Shown here in pieces: positions 10,081 through 17,568 of a DNA stretch of 64,000 bases (position 1 is the stretch's first letter; each line of letters opens with the position of its first letter). The notes beneath the pieces are model-generated. The model searched no databases and was not told the DNA's origin. It saw only the letters and a list, made by a program, of their open reading frames with translations. The stretch is from Sphingomonadales bacterium (GTDB lineage: Bacteria; Pseudomonadota; Alphaproteobacteria; Sphingomonadales; Sphingomonadaceae): the NCBI GenBank assembly GCA_016714795.1, contig JADKCA010000008.1:66083-130082 (forward strand), in the 5' to 3' direction. A program made the position numbers and the translations under genes.

Positions 10081-10205
10081 AGATGAGAGGAATTTGCACT
10101 TTCGCGCAAAAGCACTCGGGTCGCCGACTCAGCATAGCCGAATTTGGCCCGGATTTCCCCCACTATCTGCTTGCGCGAGTCAGTGGGGCCAAATGGAGTT
10201 GAACG

Positions 10206-10478
10206 ATGCTGCTTGAACGCGAAACCTATATCGTCCTGTCGACCGCGCATCTTGCGCCATCCACAGCTGCAGCGCTTGCGGGACTGCCGATCCTCTGTGA
10301 CGCGACCGACCATCGCTACCGCATCCCTTTGGGGCCTGCACTCGAGTGGCGCGATGGCCTTCCATGCGATCTTGCCGAGCTGTTGACGACGATCGCGGCG
10401 GCGACACCCGAGGCTTGTGGCGTGATGCTCGATTGTGACGGGCCGGTCGTGACTGGCCTTGCCACTTTTGACTGGTAG
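10206..10478 (+). CDS. hypothetical protein
   Basis: 90-codon ORF ('MLLERETYIVLSTAHLAPSTAAAL...') with protein-like composition. Confidence 0.5.
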   Translation: MLLERETYIVLSTAHLAPSTAAALAGLPILCDATDHRYRIPLGPALEWRDGLPCDLAELLTTIAAATPEACGVMLDCDGPVVTGLATFDW

Positions 10479-10479
10479 G

Positions 10480-11177
10480 AACGGCTTGGCTGACGCGTGA
10501 TGCGCGGGGTGGATCTATGGGTAATTACTGGCTCTGGCGCTGCATGCGCCGGGGCCATTTTTTTGCCTTCTGCCTGCGTCCGCTGGCGCGGCCTTGGGCA
10601 GGACAAAGGAGCGCGGGCTGGTGTCGCCCACCGGCTGCGCTGCGCTACGCCAGGGGGCGGCGTTGTCTGTCACCGCGCAGGCACTCTCCCGCCGGTCCGG
10701 GATGCTGGGCTGGCGGGTGCGGGCCATCCGACCTGCGCCCGGCTGGCCTCGCATCCTTGGCCCTTGGCATCTCTCTCTGGCCCTGCGGTGAGGGTGCCGT
10801 CTTTGGCGTGGCCTGTTCCGCTGCGGGGGCGGGCGAGCGGGGAAAGGGGCATTGCCCGGCGCGCGCATGGGCGCCGGACACCTTCCGCGCGCTGCCGGAT
10901 GTGGGCGAACGATGCCATCGCTCGGCTTGCGCGCTTAGCCCGGCGCTGCCGGTCTCAGCCCTGCGGGTAACGGCAAGGCCTATGTGCAAAAGCGGGTGCG
11001 GATGGTTGGATGTCTGCTGGATAGTGTGTGTTCGCCCCGCATTGTCCCTTCGGACCCAAGAGAGACGAGGGGGATTTTGATGCGGTGGATGTTCGTAGGG
11101 CGCGGCTCCTGCACGTGCATGTCTGTCGCCCATATGCTAGAGGATGTTTTCAATAGCTGATCGCGTGGAGGTGCTTC
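10480..11177. other. ~0.7-kb very GC-rich stretch without a credible ORF
   Basis: All overlapping ORFs on both strands here are Arg/Pro/Gly/Ala/Cys-rich nonsense in several frames. No RBS-start combination is present. Confidence 0.4.
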
Positions 11178-11549
11178 ATGGTTGAGACACAGCATGATCC
11201 AGTGATCGACGGGCTCATCGTTGATGCGGTCCTTGGCATCGATCCCATAAGGCTCGGCGACATGCTGCATATGACCCAGGCCGAAATCGCCGACTTGGCT
11301 GGCGTCTACCGGACCACGCTGGCGCGCAATCCCGGTTCGCCCGAAGTCCAGGCCAAATTGGGGCCGATTGCCACCATATTGTCGCGCGCAAGCGACGTGG
11401 GCGGCGGCCTTGCCAAAGCGGTGATCTGGTTTCGCCATCAGCCCATTGCCGCCTTTGGCTACAAGCGCGCGGTCGATATCGTCCATGGCCGCAAGGCGGG
11501 AGAGGTGTTGCGCTGGCTCGATGCGCTCGAAGACGGCACCTATGCCTGA
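11178..11549 (+). CDS. Xre/MbcA/ParS-type (DUF2384) antitoxin-like protein, no cognate toxin directly downstream
   Basis: C-terminal 'AVIWFRHQPIAAFGYKRAVDIVHGRKAGEVLRWLDALEDGTYA' is the DUF2384 toxin-binding domain signature. Confidence 0.7.
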   Translation: MVETQHDPVIDGLIVDAVLGIDPIRLGDMLHMTQAEIADLAGVYRTTLARNPGSPEVQAKLGPIATILSRASDVGGGLAKAVIWFRHQPIAAFGYKRAVDIVHGRKAGEVLRWLDALEDGTYA

Positions 11550-11625
11550 CCGACGATATCGGCCTTGACCAAGGCAAAATGTCTCATATATGATACCCAA
11601 ATATGGCATTTAAGAGAGCAATATT

Positions 11626-11985
11626 ATGAATATCGCTATTTTCCCGAACGCGCTTGCAGGGGATCATGTGGTGCCAGTTGGCATCACCGACGTGCTGCAC
11701 ATCACGCAGGCCGAGCTTGCCTCGACGCTTGGCATCCCGCGTGAGGCCGTTTCGAAATCGAGCCGCGTGCGCACGGTTTCGGTGCAGACGCGCTTGCGCG
11801 AGCTCGTCGACATCCTCAATCGTGTGCTGCCCTGGGCCGGATCGCCACTTGCGGCCTACGCCTGGTATCGGTCGCAGAGCCTACCATCGTTCGGCGATGC
11901 AACTGCCGAGCAGCTCGTGCGTGACGGCCGCGCTGACGATGTGCGCCATTATCTTGACCGGATCGCTGCCGGCGGCTTTGCGTGA
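11626..11985 (+). CDS. Xre/MbcA/ParS-type (DUF2384) antitoxin
   Basis: 'AYAWYRSQSLPSFGDATAEQLVRDGRADDVRHYLDRIAAGGFA'. The stop overlaps the GTG start of the RES gene (GTGA). Confidence 0.8.
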   Translation: MNIAIFPNALAGDHVVPVGITDVLHITQAELASTLGIPREAVSKSSRVRTVSVQTRLRELVDILNRVLPWAGSPLAAYAWYRSQSLPSFGDATAEQLVRDGRADDVRHYLDRIAAGGFA

Positions 11986-12521
11986 GCCTGCCACTCAGCC
12001 GGTTCACCGGCACGGTCTTTAGAGGCCATCATCCAATGTGGGCGTATGATCCCTTGTCGGGCGAAGGTGCTGCCCGCTTTGGTGGGCGCTTCAATCCTCT
12101 TGGGGTCAAAGCGCTCTATACTGCGCTTCGGCCCGAGACCGCCTGGGCCGAAGCGCAGCAAGGCTTTGCCTTCAAGGCACAGCCGCTGACGCTCTGCGCC
12201 TATGATGTCGATATGGCCGACGTGCTTGATCTTGCCGATCCTGACGTTCGCCAGGCCTGCAATATCGCCGACGAGGATCTGTCTTGTGGCTGGGAAGATC
12301 TGGCAAGGCGGCGACTCGAACCACCGAGCTGGACACTGGCCACCCGACTGCGCGCGCAGGGCGTGGCTGCCATCATCGTTCCGAGCTTCGCGCCGGGTGC
12401 ATCTGCGCGCGATCGCAACATGGTGTTTTTCGACTGGTCTGGCGAACTACCGCATCGGCTCCTCGTCATCGACGACCAGAACCGGTTGCCGAAAAACCCG
12501 AGCAGCTGGATATTGCAATAG
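11982..12521 (+). CDS. RES-domain toxin (NAD+-targeting family)
   Basis: R-E-S pattern: 'GGRFNP', the Glu region 'ETAWAE' and 'IIVPSF'. Typical size, and coupled to the preceding antitoxin. Confidence 0.85.
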   Translation: MSLPLSRFTGTVFRGHHPMWAYDPLSGEGAARFGGRFNPLGVKALYTALRPETAWAEAQQGFAFKAQPLTLCAYDVDMADVLDLADPDVRQACNIADEDLSCGWEDLARRRLEPPSWTLATRLRAQGVAAIIVPSFAPGASARDRNMVFFDWSGELPHRLLVIDDQNRLPKNPSSWILQ

Positions 12522-12626
12522 GGTCAACATTGGGCGTTGGCCCAGTTCATTGCCGTCCGAGTCTCCGACAAAACCTTGACAATCGCACCAAATGATGCGT
12601 ATAAACACATCAGGAGAAGCGTTTCT

Positions 12627-13064
12627 ATGGCAAGTGCTGTACTCAAGCCCAAATATCCGACCGCTCCAGCAGGGCTCCAGACCTTTGCAGGCGACGGCGA
12701 TCGCAAGCGGCTGACCGCGCCTGCGGTAAAAGCGGTGCTGCGGCTCGTCCGGGCCTGGGGCGGCGACAATGCCGAAGGTGCGGCGCTGCTCGGCGTATCG
12801 ACCAGTACGTGGGACCGGATGAAGGCCGGGACCTGGGCCGGCACGCTCAGCCAGGACCAACTCACCCGCGCCTCGGCGCTGATCGGCGTGTTCAAGGGTC
12901 TGCACCTGCTTTTTGCCGATTCCATGGCCGACCGCTGGCCACGTCTGCCCAATCGCGGGCCGATCTTTGCCTCGAAAACGCCGGTCGAGGCGATGATCGA
13001 AGGCGGCATCCCGCGCATGCTCGAAACCCGGCTCTATATCGACGCATTGCGTGGCGGGCTCTGA
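12627..13064 (+). CDS. Xre/MbcA/ParS-type (DUF2384) antitoxin
   Basis: CAGGAGAAG lies before ATG 12627. 'ADRWPRLPNRGPIFASKTPVEAMIEGGIPRMLETRLYIDALRGG'. It overlaps the next gene's GTG 13051. Confidence 0.8.
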   Translation: MASAVLKPKYPTAPAGLQTFAGDGDRKRLTAPAVKAVLRLVRAWGGDNAEGAALLGVSTSTWDRMKAGTWAGTLSQDQLTRASALIGVFKGLHLLFADSMADRWPRLPNRGPIFASKTPVEAMIEGGIPRMLETRLYIDALRGGL

Positions 13065-13752
13065 CGCGCCGCCAGCGCACCCGCTGGTTCGCGAGGCCTT
13101 TCCGCGCACGATCCGGCTGGTCGCAAGCGCCCGGCTGTGCGACGCGGTGCTGGCACCTCTGGCCGATGACGACGACGAACGCGCCCTCCTTGCCGAAATC
13201 GAAGGCGCGACCAGCGGTCGGCTGATCGCCGAAGAACGCGGGATCGGTGGGCTCGGGGCGGATGAACTGGTCCACGGTGTCCCGCATGCCCGCTTCATCA
13301 ACGCGAGCTTTGCCTATGCCAAGCCGCGCGCGCCGATGCGCTTCAACCCGGCCAACCGCGGTGCCTGGTATGCGGCCCTTGCGCTCGAAACGTGCATCGC
13401 CGAGGTCGGACATCATCTGACATTGGCGCTGGCGGACGCAGGCGATTTCAACGCCGTGGTTGACTATGGCGAGATGCTCGCAAGCATGTCGGGGCTGTTC
13501 ATCGACCTGCGCGCGGCTGTTGGCCATGCGGCGCTCGATCCCGATCCTGCCACCGGCTATGCAGCGGGCAATGCGCTTGCGGCTGACGCGCGCGCGCAGG
13601 GTCACAACGGGATCATCTACCCTTCGGTGCGTCACCCTGGCGGGATTTGCATTGCAGCGCTCTGGCCCAACGTCGTCCAGTCAGTGGTCCAGGGCAATTT
13701 GGTTCGGCTCATTTGGGAGGGCAGCCCGGACTATCGCTGGGAAGCGCTTTAG
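13051..13752 (+). CDS. RES-domain toxin, second copy (divergent)
   Basis: 'PMRFNPANRGAWYAA', 'ETCIAEV' and 'IIYPSVRHPGG' match the RES signature. Confidence 0.85.
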   Translation: MAGSDAPPAHPLVREAFPRTIRLVASARLCDAVLAPLADDDDERALLAEIEGATSGRLIAEERGIGGLGADELVHGVPHARFINASFAYAKPRAPMRFNPANRGAWYAALALETCIAEVGHHLTLALADAGDFNAVVDYGEMLASMSGLFIDLRAAVGHAALDPDPATGYAAGNALAADARAQGHNGIIYPSVRHPGGICIAALWPNVVQSVVQGNLVRLIWEGSPDYRWEAL

Positions 13753-13839
13753 CGCGCTGCCTCAGCTTCCGGCGTGAGAGGGGAGGAGGGTCGAACGGGG
13801 GAGGCGGGCAGGGTGCTCGCTTCGCTCGAAAGGATCCCC

Positions 13840-14292
13840 ATGGCCGACCGCGTCCCCGCCCGTATCCAGATCGGCGGCAGTCTTGCCGCAGATGAACTGG
13901 ATCAATTGTCTGCACATATTGCCACTTATGACCTGCGCTGTGATTGGGATGGCGAACCGTTTGATCGCACCGATCTGCCTGCCAATGGCCCGCTTGATCT
14001 TTACGCACTCGAAACACTGAATGGCAGCTTCGATGATCTCGAAGCCTATTGTGTAGCCTATAATCTGGCCTTCTGGCGCTGGGCGGGCGGCACAGCCGGG
14101 GCGTTCGACCCCGAGATCATTGTCTTTACCGGCAATGGCCTGCCCGAACGCTTCGCGGCGTCCGAAGGGGAGATCATCGCGCTTGATCCCGACACAATCG
14201 CCGAACTCGGCAGTTACGACGCCATCCTGGAGATGATCGAACGCAGCCGTTTCGATCCGCCGCCATTCCAGCTCACCAGCAATCCGTTATGA
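13840..14292 (+). CDS. hypothetical protein
   Basis: ATG 13840 within ORF 13774-14292. The stop overlaps the next start (ATGA). Confidence 0.5.
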   Translation: MADRVPARIQIGGSLAADELDQLSAHIATYDLRCDWDGEPFDRTDLPANGPLDLYALETLNGSFDDLEAYCVAYNLAFWRWAGGTAGAFDPEIIVFTGNGLPERFAASEGEIIALDPDTIAELGSYDAILEMIERSRFDPPPFQLTSNPL

Positions 14293-14573
14293 GCTTCGCC
14301 ATCGCCTTTTACGAGATTGGACTGGCCTATGGCGGGCCTGAGGAAGGCGGTTGGTGGTACGAGACCGGCGAGATTGTCCGGCTGATCTCGATCACCAGAA
14401 CCGAGGCCGCAGCCCTCGCCATTGCAAGCCGCGCCAACCGACTGCTCGACCGAGTCCAGCGCCATCATCGCCCGGTCCATTCAGCGGCCTATGACGGTGG
14501 CCGCTTCCGTGCACTGGTCTTCGCCGGTCTCCCACCTGCCAGCTTCCCGGTCGAGCGCCCGATTTACAGCTGA
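14289..14573 (+). CDS. hypothetical protein
   Basis: Coupled to the upstream ORF. 'YGGPEEGGWWYETGE' is a conserved-looking core. Confidence 0.5.
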   Translation: MSFAIAFYEIGLAYGGPEEGGWWYETGEIVRLISITRTEAAALAIASRANRLLDRVQRHHRPVHSAAYDGGRFRALVFAGLPPASFPVERPIYS

Positions 14574-14642
14574 ACCGCTGCGCTGTTTCGCTTGAGCGTT
14601 GCATCGGGCAGACGCGAGCATTTCCTCCAAGGAGCCCCGCTT

Positions 14643-14993
14643 ATGGACTTCGAACCTGACCGCTTCGCTTTCTCTTATGCGCGCGCCTTCTGCTTTGCGT
14701 CGAGCGGCAATGCCTATGATGCAACCCAGACCGACGCGGCGATCAGCCGCGGCGCCATCCTGCTCATTGCCTCGGAACGCATCGTCGGTCTGGCCGACAC
14801 CTGGCCGATTGCCGTGACTCAGGCGCATGGCGCGCTCCATCAGATTGCGCCTGGGCGCTTTGCCGACCTTGGGGCCTTGGTGGCTGAGTTTGGCATCTCC
14901 GAAAGTGACTTTCTCGAAGCAGCGCAATTGGCGCGCGAACTGGGCTTCGCCCTCGATCCCACGCTTGAAGCTCTCCTTGGGAGCCTCCTGTGA
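14643..14993 (+). CDS. hypothetical protein
   Basis: ATG 14643 within ORF 14592-14993. Confidence 0.45.
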   Translation: MDFEPDRFAFSYARAFCFASSGNAYDATQTDAAISRGAILLIASERIVGLADTWPIAVTQAHGALHQIAPGRFADLGALVAEFGISESDFLEAAQLARELGFALDPTLEALLGSLL

Positions 14994-15103
14994 CGGGACT
15001 GCGCGCGGGCGCGCAGCGATCGGCCTTACGGCCGAGAGGGAAGGGGGGTGGGAGGAAGTGGTCAGGCAAGGGTTTGACCAGACAATCCATCAGGAGAATA
15101 TCG

Positions 15104-15625
15104 ATGAACATCGGAACGATCAAGAAGAACGCCGCTGGCCAGCTCATTGGTCAAGTGAGCACGCTCGCTGTGACGCTGACCGTGGGTCTGCGCGGCGTCA
15201 TGAGCAACAACCCGCGCGCGCCCAAGTTCGAAATCGTCGCCTTGAACGCCGCCCGCCAGTGGGTCGTCGTTGGCGCGCTGTTCGAACTGACTGCCAACGC
15301 TACCGGCGAAAGCTTCTACCAGGGCAAGATCGACGACCCCAGCATGGCGAACCCGCTCTACATTGCGCTGTTCGCGCAGGAAGACGGCTCGTTCAACGTT
15401 GCCTGGCAGCGCCCGACGCGCCGCCGTGCGAGCACGCTCGAAGCTGCCGACTATGGTGAGGGCGACATGTTCGACGGTGCAGACAATCGCGGCGGCCTTG
15501 AAGACCGGGGCGGCGATGGCCTGGGCGAAAGCACCGCTGACGGTCCACGCAAGGGCAAGGCCAAGGTCGGTGCCGATGCTGGCACCAAGCCCGAAGACGC
15601 GCTTCCCCCGCTGGTCGACGCCTGA
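15104..15625 (+). CDS. DUF736-type protein
   Basis: 'MNIGTIKKNAAGQLIGQVSTL...APKFEI...FYQGKIDDPSMANPLYIALF...NVAWQRP' follows the DUF736 pattern. CAGGAGA lies before ATG 15104. Confidence 0.8.
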   Translation: MNIGTIKKNAAGQLIGQVSTLAVTLTVGLRGVMSNNPRAPKFEIVALNAARQWVVVGALFELTANATGESFYQGKIDDPSMANPLYIALFAQEDGSFNVAWQRPTRRRASTLEAADYGEGDMFDGADNRGGLEDRGGDGLGESTADGPRKGKAKVGADAGTKPEDALPPLVDA

Positions 15626-15793
15626 CCCCTCCCGGGCACGGCCAGTACCCTCGCAAGGGCTCGTTCGCATTCGCGAGCGGGCCCTTGCCCTTTTTCAATA
15701 CCCCACTAAACCCGTCTTGCGCAGACAGGTTCAACGCTGGTCTGTATCGAATTCTTCCGCCCATCGAGAAAAGGCCATCAGTTGGATCATGAA

Positions 15794-16249
15794 ATGCTTC
15801 TGACACAGGCCGCTGAGGTATTTGCTGCCCATGTCAGCCCAACCATGTCGCCCTGTCTGCGTGCCTGTTCTGACGGTCAGTTTGAGCGCTTGAGCTCGGC
15901 GCCCCATTGACCACTGGCGCAAGCGCTTGTTCCCGCCGTGAGCATCCGCTCCTCGGTCAAGCCTGAGACGATCACCTGTCTCGACTGCGGCAAGAAGATG
16001 CAAACGTTGAAACGTCATCTGCGAGTGAGCCGCGACTTGAGCGCGCTCGCGACCTATGATTTCGCGCGCCTGCCCGCCATCCGACGTTGCCCAAAACATG
16101 CGCAGAGCCATGCGCTCAAAATAGGCCTTGGCCGGAAGCTGGAGTATCGCAAAGCCGACTGCTCTCAAATGGCTCGGCATCGCGGAGGCATGCGGACAAA
16201 GCTGCCGGCACGGCTTCGATGCCAGATCCGGCTGCAACCAAGCCCGTAG
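15794..16249 (+). pseudogene. MucR/Ros-like transcriptional regulator gene with one in-frame TGA (15908-15910)
   Basis: A single frame reads 'MLLTQAAEVFAAHVS...SSAPH*PLAQALVPAVSIRSSVKPETITCLDCGKKMQTLKRHL...ALKIGLGRK'. The N-terminal 'LT..IV.AYVS' and the C-x2-C-x9-H zinc-finger region are in MucR-like positions. The second finger His is absent. Confidence 0.4.
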
Positions 16250-16424
16250 TGGTTCGCCGATATGCACTGTCCGCACCGGGCTCGCGAGCGCGCTGCGCTC
16301 GATAGGCATGACATTCAACTCAGGATGCATCCTCGATGATCTGCCGCCGCCCTTGCTGCGATGAACCATGCGGCGGTCGGGCCGGGGCACAACCGGCAAA
16401 GCAGCGGACCGGGAAGCCCTGCGG

Positions 16425-16540
16425 GCTTGCCGCACCACTCCTCGCTTTACCGGTTCCCCGCTGCTGGCGCGCGGTGTGCCGCCGTCCCTTGTCCCGCCGC
16501 TCCTCCTGTTCATCGCCGGGCAGTTCCGGCGAGTGTCAAC
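16425..16540 (+). promoter_or_regulatory. conserved non-coding element upstream of ssb (copy 1; homologous copy at 35088-35180)
   Basis: Shared blocks with the ssb-2 upstream region: GCC(C)GCACCACTCCT, GGTT(T)CCC, CGGTG, GTCC(C)T and ATCG(C/G)(C/G)GG. Confidence 0.4.
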
Positions 16541-16555
16541 AAGGAGGTACATCAC

Positions 16556-16891
16556 ATGAAAAATCTGGTCATTCTCATCGGGCGCATCGCATCGACCCCG
16601 GAAACCCGCAACAATGGCAACACCAGCGTCACCAACTTTACGCTCGTGACCGACCGGCCCCGCATCGTCGACGGCAAGACGGTCAAGAACGATGCAGGCT
16701 ATACCGAGACCATCCCGGAATTTCATCGCATCACGGTCTTCAACGGCCTCGGCCAGACCGTCGCCAAGCACAAGGCCAAGGGCGATATGGTCGAGGTTCA
16801 GGGCCGCCTCCATTATTCCAAATGGACCGACAAGGACCAGATCGAACGCTACTCGGTCGAAATTATCGCCGAGGAAGTCCTCTTCCTCTAG
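16556..16891 (+). CDS. ssb: single-stranded DNA-binding protein, OB-fold only (no acidic C-terminal tip)
   Basis: 'MKNLVILIGRIASTPETR...TEFHRITVFNGLGQTVAKHKAKGDMVEVQGRLHYSKWTDKD' is the SSB OB-fold signature. AAGGAGG lies before ATG 16556. The protein ends '...EIIAEEVLFL'. Confidence 0.85.
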   Translation: MKNLVILIGRIASTPETRNNGNTSVTNFTLVTDRPRIVDGKTVKNDAGYTETIPEFHRITVFNGLGQTVAKHKAKGDMVEVQGRLHYSKWTDKDQIERYSVEIIAEEVLFL

Positions 16892-17047
16892 GCGGACTGG
16901 TCCGGCACAGAGCGGCGCTATCGGCAGTGCGCTTTGCGGTTCCTGCTCTTTGCGGCACATGCTATATGGGCCAAAATTGCTCTTTTGGCAGCCGACAAAC
17001 AGGGGATTTGATCATGGCTAAATGCGCCGGACGGCGCACCGGCGCGT

Positions 17048-17260
17048 GTGAGTGTACCGCTCACCCGCTTTCACAACAATACCGGCGAGTTCCTCGACCT
17101 CGCGCTGGTACAGCCGGTCACGCTCACCAAGCATGACCGGGTCGTGCTCACGATCTGCGAGGCGGGTTATTTCGAGCGGCTTGAGGCCTTCGCTGCCGCC
17201 CATGGCGGCCCGTGCCGCGCGAGGCGGGCAGGGCTTCAAATGCTGACCAGTCTGCGGTGA
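17048..17260 (+). CDS. Phd/YefM-type antitoxin-like protein (orphan)
   Basis: GTG start. 'VPLTRFHNNTGEFLDLALVQPVTLTKHDRVVLTICEAGYFERLE' fits the Phd/YefM N-domain pattern. No toxin ORF follows. Confidence 0.55.
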   Translation: MSVPLTRFHNNTGEFLDLALVQPVTLTKHDRVVLTICEAGYFERLEAFAAAHGGPCRARRAGLQMLTSLR

Positions 17261-17271
17261 TTTGCTGTTAA

Positions 17272-17293
17272 CCGGCCCGCAGGCGCGGGCCGG
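17272..17293 (+). terminator. GC-rich stem-loop after the Phd-like gene
   Basis: CCGGCCCGC-AGGC-GCGGGCCGG forms a perfect 9-bp stem. The U-tract is weak. Confidence 0.4.
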
Positions 17294-17372
17294 GCAAATC
17301 CTATACTCTCTCTCATCTCGCCATCAGGCTGACGCTTCATCGCCATAGCATGACGCTTGGGTGCTGGCGGCT

Positions 17373-17545
17373 GTCAAGGACCAGCGGTCCCCCCAATTTT
17401 GCGCATCGGACCGCTTCGCTTGTCCGCACACAAAATCGGCTCCCCCACTGGCGGGCGGGGCCGCGACAGCGCGTGCCGCGCGTCGTCCCTGACGGCCTGG
17501 CACCAGCGTCCAGACGATCTCCATCTTTCATCCATCGGGGATGAG
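17373..17545 (+). promoter_or_regulatory. structured non-coding element A (ssDNA-promoter-like or 5'-UTR element)
   Basis: Homologous to 18688-18835. It has identical blocks, sequence-different but still complementary inner stems, and an outer stem (17373-17381 with 17485-17493). See findings. Confidence 0.5.
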
Positions 17546-17568
17546 AGGGTTTTCAATTGGAGGTCTAT

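Noticed and set aside
10517-11133. ORFs of 157-187 codons on both strands in the GC-rich gap
   Set aside because: They are mutually overlapping and Arg/Pro/Cys/Gly-dominated, with no start context. I treat the region as non-coding (see finding).
15731-16960. 409-codon minus-strand ORF spanning the MucR-like region and the whole ssb-1 gene
   Set aside because: It is antisense to a well-supported ssb gene. Its translation is Arg/Gly/Ala-rich with no motifs. Long antisense ORFs are expected in GC-rich DNA.
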